From assembly GCA_039545335.1 (NCBI GenBank), contig BCIN01000006.1, positions 744,001-808,000 of the forward strand: a DNA stretch of 64,000 bases, read 5' to 3'. Position 1 is the first letter of the stretch; every line of letters begins with the position of its first letter. Under the pieces are notes generated by a model, which saw only the letters and a list, made by a program, of their open reading frames with translations, was not told the origin of the DNA and made no database searches. The DNA is from Kondoa subrosea (lineage: Eukaryota). The position numbers and the translations under genes were made by a program. Below, one piece after another: positions 47,869 to 61,865 of this stretch.

Positions 47869-50800
47869 CTAATCGAAACTCATCTGCAGGAATTTCTCTA
47901 GTACTCGTTGTAGCTGCGCAGAATGTCTTTAGCTAATGATGGAAATTAATCCAACGAGACAAGCTTACTTCGTCTCTACTATATGGCTTGCTGATAAAGC
48001 CGTCCATTCCAGATGCGCTCGCTTCATCTGCGAACTGACTTCGAGCATTTGCTGACACTCTGCATACTCCTTGTCAGACCTGTGGTCAGCAGACAGGCTG
48101 GATGCGAATGCTCACGCCACAATATTATGCCGTCCTTTGTAGCTACTCTGTTCTTCCATTTCGCGTATCCGCCTCGTTGCCCCCAGACCTAGAGCTGAAG
48201 TCAGTCTTGTGCAGCAATTTCAACCAAGCGACATACCGCCCAGAATTGGCATTTCCTAATCGCGTAATGAGCCCACATACAGGTCAAACTGAGGTGAACG
48301 ACGACATACCAAGTCCATCAATCTGTAAAATCAATCATTAATACTAGACCTGGTTGAAGTCTGAACCGAAACTTACATTAAATCAAAAGGCGGTTTGCTC
48401 GAGACCAATGCTGCTCTTGCCTCAATTTGATTAACTGCATCTTGCCCATCGTTTGCAGTAACGACCTCGCAATTCATCTTCTTTAGTAATCGAGCCAAAA
48501 CTTTCTGGTTGATAGCATTATCTTCTACTACGAAGACGACTGGCAACGCTAGGACCGATGGAATTGGACTTGGCGTTGGCGATACTCCTTGAATGGGTGG
48601 CGAACGTTGACCATTTACTTGAAGCGGCGAAGAAGCTCTGGAAGAGCTGGTCCGGGTGATTCGAAGACTTGGTTCCGAAAGTTTAGGATCACATCGACGT
48701 GCGTGGATATAAAAGCGGAAGACTTAAACCAGGTTGAGCGATAAGCTAAGACCTGGCTCCGTAATGAGGAACTTACCAGTGCCGACATCTTTAGTGCTTT
48801 GCAGCACTATCTGTCCTCCTTGAAGTTCTACAAGCTGCTTGCTGATCCATAAACCTAAACCGGAACCGCCAAATTCACGATAGGTCTTAGGTGAAGCTTG
48901 TGCGAATCGCTGAAATAAGAGCTTGCGTTCCTCTTCTGTCAGTCCAGGTCCGGTATCGGCTACTGCAACATGCAGCAATAATTCGTCTGTTTCTGGGAGA
49001 GATTCTGGTAGGCCTTCGCAATACGGCAGCAAGTTATTCAGGTCAAATTGATCATGTTCTTGATAGTTCGTAATTGTTGCTGCGTTAAATACTGGTGTAG
49101 CACCAAGGGCGATCTAGGAGCTCTTGTGAGTTGAATCAACCGGCTGTAGATACATCAAGCTTACCTTGATCTCAGGTTGAGAGCTTTGTTCGGTCTGAAT
49201 GAGTATATATTTAATCAGCGACATCGGGATGCAGCCGTAAGAACAGCCTCACAAATTTCAGAGCATTCGATACTAGTGCAATCTATCAGTAGGCAGCGAA
49301 GTCTCGAGCGAATATAGCTCACTGAGATTGACTAAGACTTGTATAAATCTTCCCTGGTCTGCAGATACAGTGGACGCTCGAAGTCTGTCCATTGATGGAT
49401 GCCGCTCGCAGACGAGCTTGATTTGTTTGGCTGAAGCTTCTAGGTTAAACATTCTCATTGTATTATCGACTGCCTCCCAGGCATCAAACGCCGACTTTGC
49501 AAGAACAACGAGTCCTCCGCCTGAATAGATTATTCAGGGCATGCGAGTGGAATTCCTATAAAAGACTCACTGATCTTGGAAATATGAAGTACATCTACCA
49601 GCACATCAGCTTGATCAAGAAAGATTGAAGTGCAAACAGACCATCAGCTATTCGCTTTTGATGCCGACTACAAAGAATGATTGTCTCGACAGCCTCTCGG
49701 CTGTAACTTCTGGATTAGACTTTTGAGAAACAGCTAGCGACAGCATCGCTCACTCTTCCTCTAGCTCTTCAAGCCGCTTTGTTTGCTCTTCCGCAGGCAA
49801 GTGCCCGATTATGTCTTGAGTACCGAGACGCTTAACAGACTCGCCGAGCAGCTCGGCGCAGTGGACAATCGCATTGAGAGGGTTGCGCAATTCGTGACAA
49901 GTCACATCGCTACCAGTTCATATCAGCAACAGAATACCTAGAGAAGAGCTCCCGAACATGAAAATTTCTTGTAATTGACGATTGTTTTCCGCTTCTTCTC
50001 TATAATTTCGGTCAGACCAGGCGGTAAGGGGCACGCAATTGCTCACCTCCTTGATCTCTCCAGATCAACACGCTCGCTTTCTAGCTTTCGAAGTGTTGTC
50101 ACATCGTTGAAAACACCGACAAATCCTGAAATTTCCCCGGACGTGTCGAATTCCGGCTGTAAGTCATACCTATGATAGAGTATTAGCACTGATGGCATTG
50201 TGGGCTGCCTGATACTTACGTGATATCGCAGTGCCCATCCTTCGAATCGACCTGGCTCGTTATGTCAGCAGCTATCGTGCTTGGCATGCGGACAATTGCC
50301 TACATCAATCAGTCGCATTTCAAGCGGCTCACTATAGCCAATTCCCGTTGATACGGTTTCGTGATATGCCGCAAATGCCTTCGCTCGATCAGCTTCAGCT
50401 ATGCGCCTGGTGAGGGAAGTCAGCAATGGCGCCGCTGCTTGAATTTTGAAGGAAGACTTACTTCTCCCAACCGTTCCAATTTCCTTGGTCCATCTTCAAT
50501 ATGGAGAACCATTTCTTGTTCGCCCAACAGAGCGTACCATCTCGCTCTGAACGATGCACACCAACTTGGAGGAGATCAGATAAACGAGACATGACGTCCT
50601 TCTGTGCTTCTAGTTCTTCTGTTCTTTCTATCACTCTGGCTTCAAGCTCTTTACGAACGACACCAAGCTGAAGATGCGTATGCGTCCGTAAGATTAACTC
50701 CTTCGAAGAAAACGGCTAAAGAAGCAAGAATCAGCACAAATATGTAGACAACTACGATAGATCAAACCTTGACAAGATAGTCGTCGGCTCCTAGCCATAG

Positions 50801-53800
50801 ACCTTCTACACTTGCTTCTTCACCAGCTCGAGCAGACAAGAGGATAATTGGCAGACGTTTCACCTTCTCATCGCTACGGATACAGTGCAGAAGCTCGAAA
50901 CCGGTCATATGAGGCATCATAACATCACTTAAGACCAGATCAAATTCTTCCTTCTGTATTCTAGCCCAGGCCGCGCGGCCATCATTAACTGCGAAGATAT
51001 CGAGGAAAGGGGAGAGGATCGATATGATATAAGCTCGCATATCACTGTTGTCGTCAGCAAGCAGCACTCGAGCGCGTTGACGATCGCCAAACAGCAAAGG
51101 TGGAAAGAGGTCTGCGTTGCATGTTAGTCCGAACTCCACCGCGAAACAACTCGAGCTTACCGCTGTGATGCGAAGGTCTACCAGAAGTGTTTGTTACGCT
51201 GCCGCTAGCCATATCAGATTCTGACTCTGACTTGTTGGTGTTCCAAAGGGATACATCTTCCGCCATACTTTCGCCGTAATGCGTTGCATTCTGTTGTAGA
51301 TCTGCTTGCAATACCACTTGTTCTTTGGGTAGATGATCTTTACCCAGAGGTATAACAACCTTGAAAGTGGATCCATGATTCCATTTCGATTGTACGTCGA
51401 TCTTGCCTTTGTGGGCTTTGACTAATTCGAGCGTCAAAGAAAGGCCGATTCCGCTACCTGAAATTAGGAGAATTCGATCATGTGTCTGAAAGTTCATAGA
51501 AAATCGCTAACCTTCCACAGATCGAGCGTTCTTGTTCTCCACTCGGTGAAATCGCTCGAAGATAGAACCTGCATCCGGATTAGCGGATGATCAGGTAAGA
51601 TTGACAAGACATACCCAATTCGTTCGGAGGTACACCAATACCTGTATCGGTCACTGCCATAATGAAGTTCTCGTCTTGAATGTAGGTTTTAACAGTGATT
51701 GAGCCTTCAGACTGGAGAGAGCTTGTCAGACCTAATATCTCAAACAGTGAGAATCCGGCATACAGTATACTTGAAAGCATTGCTAATCAGATTGTAGATG
51801 ATCTTTTCGTATTTCTCTCGGTCAACCCATACAAGAGCTTCCGGACAGGTAGTCTCGACAATGTATTCAATTCCAGCATGCTCGATAGCAGAGCGGAAGG
51901 AGCTTGCTAAATCATGAGTCATGGTCGCCAATGCAGTGGGTTGAAATTGACTGGCGAGTTTTCCTGCTTCTGCTCGAGCGAAATCAAGGATACTATTGAC
52001 TAATCGCAGCAGACGTTTGGCATTCCTGTTGACTAGTTCCAGTTGTCCTCTCTTGTAGCGATCTAGATCTTTCATCCCGAGGATGTCTTTAAGGGGACCA
52101 AGAATCAGCGATAGAGGCGTCCGCCTGGAGGAAATTCATTAGTCAGTGCGTCTTCAAACGAGACATGGGGACATACAATTCATGACTAATAGAAGTAAAG
52201 AAGGACGTCTTCGCTCTGTCTAAGGCAGCCAGCTCTTCATTTCTTTGTATCTCTCCTTCGTAGGATCTAATACCAACAAGACAAGTGCTCAATGTTTGAC
52301 CAGTCATATTGATGAAAGTTCGGAAATCGTCATCGTAAGCCAAAGCCGGATTGAGGAAGAAGACGAAACAGCCAGCTAATTCTTCTCCTGCTGTCAAAGG
52401 AACTAATACAGCTTGCCATGCTATTCGACCTGATATACCACGAGGCGGAACACCTGCCAATAAGTGATTGACATTGGACACCAGAACAGCTCGTTTTGTC
52501 GCGGCTACTTCTGCCATGGCTTTTATCCAAGGATGTGAGTTATCGGCACTCTCAATGGGTTGACTGAGGTTGATGGCTATCCGAGAAGGTGCAGCTGCGG
52601 AATCAAATTCGCATCCCACTGTTTCTTGCAGAGAAAAGACGAGATAGTTATCTACTTCTTCTGTATCGACACTTGATCCAGCTGAAGAGAGGGAAATCGT
52701 GCCACCCATATCTTCATCTTTCGGTCTATCATTCTCACGGCATGTGTAGGATAGACAGAAAGGTAAATCGATTTCTAAAGCGCTGAAGGACTCGCAGGCC
52801 AGCCGACATAGATCGATTGTGCTTCTTGCACTTGCTAGACCGGTAGTCAAAGTCGCCAGAACTTCCATTCTTCGTCCAAATATGATCGTTCTGGCTTCTT
52901 CGTAAAGGACGCTGTCAAAAGAGATCAATTGCAAGTCCGTTCGCTAAGGTATTCCGACTAACTGCATATTAGCTTCTACTACACCTGCACTATTGAACAG
53001 CGGCGTATAACTCCAAGTAGCATAAGTCTCTTCACCAGGATCAGGAGCTCCAGTAAGACGGTTGAAGAAGAGCTGATCTCTTTCTCTATAAACACTCTTG
53101 CCTTGAGTAATGACCGATTCCACATCTGCTTTAATCCAATCCCAAATCTCAAACCAAACCACTCTTGCGGGATGCCCTAAAGCTGCTGGATGTTTGACTG
53201 GACCCAAAACGGTAATGTAGGCGTCGTTATAAATCATATATGCTTCGCTTCCTATATATGCAGACATTGGAAAATTGGATCTCAAGACAGTAGTAACCAG
53301 ATGAACGACGGTATCAGACCATGTAGAAGGATGACCTAAAGGAGTAGTAGTCCAATCATGCTGAATGACTCGACTTGCCATTTCGCCTGAAGAAGTTAAA
53401 ATACCAAAAAGCCTGGTATCGGAAACGAATTGAGATGGTTTAACTTCCTCAATATTGATTTCATCGTCGACGTGTTGGGAATGACGAAATATGTGAGGTC
53501 GAACAGCTCTGACTGGAGAATCAGGTGGAGGTGAAAGTTCGCGAGTCGGAGTAGGTGTACTGCCATCTGTTGTTGGCGAGAAGAGTGACATGGGAGAATT
53601 CTGTGCGGCTAAAAAGACCAGACAGTCTGATGCTTCGTTCAATGAAGTGATTGACCAAGATCGTTCGTGTCTAGATCCATCTGTATTTCGCGAGAGAGTC
53701 GTCGCTGAGCCTTTACTTCCTAACATTTGATGATTCCTAGCTTCGACCGAGAGCTGCGACAGGACAGCATTGTTTGAGTCATGAGACTTGCTAAAGGAAT

Positions 53801-53900
53801 TGAATGCATCGTTGGTGAAGACAATATTCGAGGCATCCAGAATCACAGCAGGTAGAGCATAGGCCGCGAGAAAGTCAACCAGAAGCGTCTTGCTAGGCAT
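47869..53900 (-). CDS. Dual hybrid histidine kinase: PAS-like, GAF-like, HisKA, HATPase, REC, PAS-like, HisKA, HATPase, REC
   Basis: H-box 1 SISHEL|RTPL, NLISNAFKY, DTGIG, GSGIGLS; REC1 LADDNSDMR..LSDVMMPHMTG..GADDYLVK|PF; H-box 2 VTCHELRNPLN, DTGPG, GGSGLGL; REC2 VEDNAIN..LMDL|EMP..GMDGFISKPY. Confidence 0.92.
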
Positions 53901-54308
53901 TCGACCAGAGGACAGCTGTCGGCCCGCCTATGCAACAAGATTCCACTTGATTGTTTCTCTTTCCTCTTGCGGAGTAGATAATCCAGTATTCTCGATCGGA
54001 CTGCGCAAGGATATAAGGTAGCCTGCCTGGGAAGTGTACCAGCAGTCGGATCTCTCGTCGAATCGGGTCAAACCCAAAATACAATTAAATATGCGAAAGT
54101 AGGAACGGGACAGCCAAAAGGCACTCCTTGTATGCGCATAACCTTATCACCCCTGCTCTGGACTCTAACATCAAGCTCAAGCCTTCGTCAGCCTCTGCTG
54201 TGCCATTTCTTAGAACAAGTCTGCGCGTTTCCAAGTCTTCCGCCAAATCTCTCCTTCAGTAATATTACTGAAATACCAGAAGACGAGATCCGCAGAAGTC
54301 CATGTCCA

Positions 54309-55267
54309 ATGTCAACAGATTTTGCTGTATTGATAGGCTTGCAAGAATCCACAGTTGGACTAACATATCGAGATGAGCGAGAGCGCTTCCTCATGCTCGT
54401 CACTCGCTTCATTCCGCGATTAACAATAGAACCGGAAATGCAGCAGCAAGTCTACTTATCACGTTTTTCTGCTTTCTTCCTACCCAAACTCATTGATCAG
54501 TTCTTCAACTTACCTGTTCTTACACCTTTTGAAGCTCGGAATTTACCTGATTGGTCTTTGTCGAACACTCCGACTTATATGCTCGTCTTTCTGAATTCCA
54601 CGCCTCTTTTTGGATATTATCTTCGTATGAATTCAGAAAGAACCAAAAAGATTGCTCAAACTCTTCTCGACCGGTTCTCTGATAAAGCAGTAAGCTTCAA
54701 AGGGCGATTGAATGGTAGTATGGCTCAGTACGGAACTGTTATGGCTGTGGATAGTGTAATTTATGATACGGCGCAATTGTTAGGTAGCTTAAAGCAGTTT
54801 GACCAATGCTTTTCAAGTTCACTCATAAGGTTTAATCCAGGGACAATGCTGCAATTCTGTGATACTGAAGGTCGGAAGGCGGTCACTGCGTCGGAAAGTG
54901 CTCGACACCTAAAACCTTTCTTGCGCGAATGGGTCAAATACGATAAAGGGTCAGATTTCGGTCCTGTTTTGCGTTTGAGAGCTACTTTTGGTGAAAAATC
55001 AGGAGCTGAGATGAGTCGCTTTGTACGAAAGCAATACGTAAGCTGTTTCCTTAATGTCAAGAAACTTCAGAAAAAATGGCTGGTACACGTTCCAATGAGT
55101 AGAAGATGAAATGTGCTATGGTGAATTGTGACAAGACTGAAGATTTGAAGCGGTGTGGGACATGCAAATCTGTAGCTTACTGTGGACCAGAACATCAGCG
55201 CTTGGCATGGAAGAGTCCGTTGACGCAACACAAAGGCCAATGCTTCGCCCCTCAGGGCTTCGAGTGA
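54309..55267 (+). CDS. MYND zinc-finger protein
   Basis: C-terminal CAMVNC...RCGTCKSVAYCGPEHQRLAW....HKGQC. Confidence 0.85.
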
Positions 55268-55602
55268 AGAATCCACTCTTGATTTGCACTTCGCTACCTG
55301 AAGAACAGAAGCGTCTTTACCAAAAGTCGATAATGATGAATACATTATCCTTACATATTTCGGCTTCGTAAGGAATTGTGCTTTGGCTTTGGCTAGGTGA
55401 AGTGCTCTTTCCGCCCTTGGCCAGAAGCGCCTCTTGATCGCTGTTCGTTGATGGCGATTTTCCTTTCTATTAAGATCCGTGCGCTTGCTCCCTCTTGGCT
55501 GCGCGTTGTCATGCCTTCTCTTGTTTGCATCATCTGTGCTCCTGCCTTTCTTTTTCTCTTTGTCCAACCGCGATCTGTCGCTGGAACAGCGCCACGGAAA
55601 AG

Positions 55603-58034
55603 ATGACAGCTTGGAGCTATTCATTCGAAGGCATCACAGTCGAAATGAAGCAGCATCTTATCTTGGACAATGTGCATGGCAGCGTGGATCAAGGAGAATT
55701 ACTCGGTTCGCTTTCATGACTGAAAGCTTTGACAATTCGAGCTGAATCTCCGTGCGTACAGCAATTCTAGGTCCAAGCGGGTCTGGCAAATCAACTCTTC
55801 TTGATTGTATGGCACAAGGGGTCTCTTTGGGAATTGCTGTAAGCTAATGCTTCCATTATAGGTCTCGCATCGAGATTACCAACCGGACTTTCAATCAATG
55901 GCAATATCAATTACGGGAATCAGAAAGCTCAAGCATCGAATGGTCAACCTGGCATAGTAGCTTACGTTCCGCAGCAAGATGATGGCTTGGTCGGAGCGTT
56001 GACAGTGAGGAAAAACCTTGAATATTCTGCTCGACTTCGCATGTCTTCCAAATCAACCAAGCAAGAACGAGAAGACACAGTCAACCGAGTCCTCAAAGAC
56101 TTGGGTTTGGTCGAACAAGCAGATTTGGTTGTTGGTCGACTCTTCAAGAAGCACATCAGCGGTGGACAAAAGAGACGTCTTAGTCTCGGCCTAGAATTGA
56201 CCGGTGCTCCTCAAGTCTTGCTGCTTGACGAAATCACATCCGGTCTAGACAGTACAGCAGCTCTTTCCGTATTAAGAACACTGAAACGATTATGCAAGCA
56301 ACGACGGCTGACCTGCGTTCTGACTATTCATCAACCTTCTCAGCAATTGATAGAGCTGTTCGATAAGGTTCTTTTTCTTAGCAAAGGCAGAGTAGCGCAT
56401 TTCGGGCCAGCAAAGGATTTACCTCTTTGGCTTTCTTCCATTGGGTAAGATATCTCTTCTTTTGAATGCTTATCCGCTGAGTTATGGTCCTAGGCATCCA
56501 TGCCCAGCCTACGTCTCTCCTCAAGACTTCATCATGTCAGCTTTGAACGACTCTTTCTACGAAGAAGGCTCGAGCGGTATGCAAGCTGTACAAGACGCAA
56601 TCTGGGCATCTTATTCGAGCACTGCTTCATCTAGGAGAAATTCAAAAGAGAGCGAAAAGCTCGAGATTACGCTGAACGAGGATAAAGCGATGTCGAATTT
56701 CTCTACCGCGAAAGATCGGCCGACGAGTCTCCAACTCATTTCGGCTCTAACGAAACGCAACTTAGAAAGCAACGCGCTTGATCCAGCTCCATATTGGATC
56801 AGAATATTCGTAAATTATTTCTGCGTTTACCTTTCTCAGACTGACTTTTTGATCAAAAGATCAATGTTTCTGTTTCCGCTTTTGCCGGCGCTGTTTGGGC
56901 TCGATTAACAGACGATGACCGGAACCTAGGCACAGTCTTAGGCTCAGCAAATTTCCTGTTCGTGCTTTCTACTAAATCTGTCTCTCTTCTGAATATTACC
57001 TAGATGCCTCGGATGTGGTTTCAATGGTCTAACTGGAATAGTCACCACTTATGCTTTTAGAGATCTCTTCATTCATGAATACAAGAATGGCGTTTCAAAA
57101 CCTCTACCTTTCTTTTGCTCTATCCTATTGGCCTGTATTCCATTTCTGGTTTTACAAAGTATTCTAGTCGTTCCCGCTTTTTATTGGATGATAGGTTTCC
57201 GCTCAACCGCTACCGCTTACGTACGTTATCCTTTCCTTCTTGACCTGTTGGACCTTGGAAATCGCTAATCACTGTCATGTGCAGTACACTTTCAACCTCA
57301 TTCTATTCTTCGCTACCCTTGTACCTGAATTGTTCATCACTTCTTGTGTCTACATTATGAGGGATAAAGTCTCTGCTAATTCAGTTGGCGTGCTCCTCTT
57401 TGGCGTTTTGATGATCTTGTCAGGAAGGTTCTCACCTGCAGATCGTTTCCGACCATTCTGGGGTCTCTTATGTGAGCTTTGTCCAAACTGTTATATGAGT
57501 AGTGATAACTGACAAAGTTATAGACGATGGCAATTTATACCAAGTCCGTGCCTATCTTCTGCTTTACCTTTGAGCCTAAACTGATATACGGTACAGTACA
57601 CTACGGAGACGACCATGTTCTCGCAATATTCCGGTCAATCAATTTTATGCGTTTCCCAATCAATCGATTGCATAGATGGGTATCTCAATGTCCGTTTCCC
57701 TCCTCTTTCTTTACCCTCAATATCACTGACCCTTATTCCACAGTTCGCAGCTATCCAAGAACGTTTTGATCTACATCTCACTTCTATCCATTCTGGAATC
57801 CTAGCAATGTTCATCATCACCCTTATCGCCTGTACAGCTCTATTACTACAAATCATCCTATTGGGACTGGAATGTAAAGGAAAACTACCTATTCCGAATT
57901 TGGCCTGGGTCAAGGAAATCAAGATTATCAAAGACAAAAAGAGAAGAGTGGAATTGGTGGATTCTCCTAGACCTCTGTTTAGTCATACGAACTCGGATAC
58001 ATCGGTCAATAGTAGTAGCAAAGAGGAGGTGTGA
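55603..58034 (+). CDS. ABCG (White-family) half-size ABC transporter
   Basis: ILDNVHGSV, AILGPSGSGKSTLLD, YVPQQD, ISGGQKRRLS, LLLDEITSGLDS, TIHQP, followed by a TM domain (NBD-TMD order). Confidence 0.92.
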
Positions 58035-58244
58035 GACTAGAGCAGGAGAACAGAACGGATCTTCGGGATATTGCTTACTTGTCCATCAGTGTTGTAAGGT
58101 GTGAACCTCTTGTTACAATCTGTGAAGATATCAACTTTGCTGTGACTTGCTCGCGCTGCTCTGACTGGGACTGTATCTTTTAAGCTGAGGGCTAATGTCG
58201 TCCTCATGTGTTATGTACCTCCATTTGTCAATGCAGTGATGGAA

Positions 58245-58904
58245 TTAAGCCAAAGATCTAACAAAGCTCTGTGACGTATCATCAGCTTCGACACAGATAC
58301 ACAGATAAGGCAATCGTACCTTCTCTATTCCTTCACAAGCCTGTTTGAACTGGGCTACTTCCCTCCAGCAATCCAAAGGTTTACTCAGATTGCCTTGATA
58401 ACACTTTTCCAGTGCTTCTCTGCTGTCCTTCATCTGATCTTCTAAACCTTGTCTAGTCTTTCTGTTCTTTTGTACCCTTTTCGTAATCTCCTCTACATCC
58501 CTTTCCATAGTCACGCTGTTTGAAGAACTTCCTTCGCTTTCATTCGCTTGACTTAATTCTCGATCCAAGTTCTCCTTTTCTAGAGCTGCTTCAACTTGGG
58601 AAACGATTTCTGCTTCTTCTGATTTCAAGCGTTCGAGTTCTGCTTTGATTCGAGATTGAATGTGTTCGTCCAAGGTTGACTGACGTTGTGAGTTGGGTGC
58701 ATTATCCGAGGATGGTGAAGGTAGATCTGAGATGCGGTTGATCAGACTGGGAGCGAACTGCATTGTGTATAATAATCAGCATCCAAGTTTGGGTTGGATT
58801 CTGGAAAAGGGGACACTTACAGTGATTGGCGTGTCTCGTTCTGCGTAGACTGTCTTGGAATTATCCGTCTCATCCACATCTACTCGACTTGAAGCTGCTC
58901 CCAT
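58245..58904 (-). CDS. MIC19: MICOS subunit Mic19 (DUF1690)
   Basis: MGAASS myristoylation-type start, RQSTLDEHIQSRIKAELERL, LEKENLDRE, CYQGNLSKPLDCWREVAQFK. Confidence 0.88.
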
Positions 58905-59128
58905 GTTATCGTGCAGGATCAACCCCATTGTCGAGTTCCGCTCGTTATGTCTTAGACGGCCACAGAAGCCTTTCTCGACTACATTCTGTGCCTCTGTAGA
59001 CTCTATGCTACTGTAGCTGTATTCCTGTCCGTCCCAGAATTGCCTGTTGTCGAAGTGTCCAAGACTTCGGTACATCACCTCATTCGATGAACCTATGTCA
59101 CCACTGCTGAATATGCATTGAGCAGATT

Positions 59129-60158
59129 ATGTCTTCCCTTCCTCGAACTACTCCAGCTACCTTTTCTTCCCTCGCTTTACATGCTTTATCTGTAGCAGTC
59201 TTCAGTAATGGTTTCCGCTTATTGCTTGCTCCTGGACCAATGGCAGACTTCATGAATAAGAATACAGGTGGTTGGACTGTCTATTTAACCAAGCGAGTGT
59301 TCTGCAGCACTGCTTTTACTCGAATACTCACTGAGAACATCAGTATCGGTTTAGCTATATCATTAGCTTACAGTTGGAGTGCATTAGCGAAAGATCTTCT
59401 GCCATCTGTAAAGTGTATGTGCATAAATCTCCTACTATCGCTGTTTCTTATTATTATAACAGCCCTCGACTGGCTTAAAACTGGGTTCGGAGTGGTTGCT
59501 ATACCTCTCTCAGCGGTCATTTCGCTTCTCTACTGGTCAATCATCTTCTATTCTCCCGTTAGTCGGAATCACCTCTTTCTTCTCTCGCAGCTAAGGGGAT
59601 CATAGGAACTAATGATTCCTCCTGATTTGGACGCATCGAATTTCTTACCTCGATCACTCGATTTGAGTATACATGCAGCTCCTGCTATATTACTATGGAG
59701 TAAGTGTTGTATTTCAAGCATTTGTAAATTTGAGACTGATCACTAATGTGAAATAGTCGACTTTCTGTTCTTCTCACCGCCTTTCAGTAATAGAATTAGA
59801 CCATTTGCAATCACTTGTAAGTCTTATTTTTGCTTCGCATAGTTGCATGCTTAAACATTTGTCTCGATCAGGTGTCGTGACATTGCTTTACGTTACATGG
59901 ATAGAACGTTGCGCATCAATCAATGGCTTCTGTATGTTCCTTACTTTTCGTCAGACCGTCTCTCTGATAATTGGGGCAGTTCCTTACCCTTTCCTCACTA
60001 TGGCGAACTTACCTACTCGTATTGCCATCTATACCGTCGCAGCACTGATGAACTTGGGTTTGTTTCATCTGGCCAACAAGATACATTTTCGGGTCGATGG
60101 ATTGCTTGGTCGGGATGTGAGTAGAAGCAAGAAGCAAGCAGAAGGGAAAAGTACATAA
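59129..60158 (+). CDS. FAR-17a/AIG1-like membrane protein
   Basis: GGWTVYLTN|IGL, ISLLYWSI, DLSIHAAPA, YVTWIERCASING.FPYPFL. Confidence 0.85.
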
Positions 60159-60216
60159 GAAAAATTGGTAAATGGCATATATAGTACAATGTCTATGATG
60201 TTACGGAGCTAGGTCT

Positions 60217-61537
60217 TAATGTCGCCCTACTGCAGAATGCAAAGTTCCTGCGACAGTTTGGTGTCCCGCTAATACTGGAGCGACTTGCTGAGGCGAATCA
60301 TGGAAGGAAGCACGACGCTGTCTGACGATTGTAGGATGAGCCACTTCGAAAGCAATGCTCGTTTGCCGCTTTTGCCAGTAGCGATATCGAACAAAGCAGA
60401 ACAGCTAGTCAAACAAAATGAGCCTGAATAATGAGAGTGTAAAACGCATCAACTCACATATTCCCGGATCTTTTCCAGATTGTTGACGGCAACGTCTACT
60501 CGCCAGCGCAACTCTAAGGCCGCCGATTGTGCCTGTTTAAGATCTTCCTCTAGTAACTTCAGCCCTTGATTTACTCTATCGCCTCGTCTTTCAGTCATTC
60601 GCTCTATTTCTGCTTGTCGTCTCTTCACAAGCCCTTCCTTGGTTCGCAGCTCTTTCTTGAGTCCCAACCTCACTAATTCCTGCTTTAATTCATCCAAACT
60701 CCTAAGCAGGTAGAAAATCAGAAGATGTTTGAAACTTCAATTATCCACTGACTGCTCTCGGAGACGTATCCAAAGCAAAAACCAAAGCCAAACAGGATGG
60801 ACGCCTCCTTTGACTAAAGATAGACCAGGCGCAACCTTATCGAGGTGTGCTACCATTCTTTGTTTTAATGGACCATACTTCTCAGATGCGTGTGAAGCGA
60901 GAGTGGAGTCTGTTCTCGCGAGAAAACCTGGCTGAATGAAATTGTCGATGCTTACAACGTTTCCGAGTTCGACGTCTGTGACTTCGGTACGAGTGCCGAG
61001 AGGATGATCCAGTTGCTTCGAGAATGAGACTATTGCTTTGTAAGCGGGTGTTTGTTCGCTGCTTAATTCTGGAGTCAAGTCCAGTACGCCAGATTTGGCG
61101 AAATATGCTTCGACAGCTGTAATCTTGAAGTCCAAGAGAGTTTCAGCTTCCACATTCCGCACGAGGTTGTTGATTAGCCTGAGAGGTTTTTCAATGGATA
61201 GCCAACTCTTGTCACGGTCGATTCGCTCCCCCGTCGTCTCGGCAGGAGCAATACGGTAGGAAATTGGCATATCTGTGCCATATTCTTCTCGGTATTTCAG
61301 ACGCAACTTTTCCACCTCGGAAAGGCCTCCTGTAGTTGTCTTGTAAGATTGCAGAGCTTGAAGGGATTCGTGATTCAGGCGCGGGAGGATTGTCTCCCTT
61401 ATCGTATACTCGGTACTACCCGTAGAGGTCGACATCCGCGCGTTCGTTTGTCCAGGGGCAGAGGCTGGACTAGTTGTTTGACCAACAATAGCAGCTCCAT
61501 GGCCTGTATTGGCATGGAGAGTAGGACGAACAGCCAT
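60217..61537 (-). CDS. Hypothetical protein with C-terminal coiled coil
   Basis: Minus-strand ORFs 60737-61597 and 60449-60697 with intervening splice signals; ends uncertain. Confidence 0.5.
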
Positions 61538-61865
61538 ACTATGCCCAGAAGTTCCAGAAGTGATTGATCCGTTGCAGCAATAGCAGTTTTTCAGCATCGT
61601 TGGTAACTGAAGAAAGACGTAGGAAGACGAAGAGATAGAAGAGATAGAAATGCAACATCAATTAGAACAGATGCAATATTCCAAAGGAGCACAAAGGGAA
61701 AATCCTCTTCATGAATATCCTCCAATTGGATGTCCTAGAGGATGCTCATTTGTGAGAGGATGTTGCAGAAACTGAAAAGATTAGTGCAGCGTAATGGAAG
61801 ATTACCAGCATCATTCTGTGAGGCAGACATGACACCGGGTCACGCGTTTCACTTAGCTGTAATTC

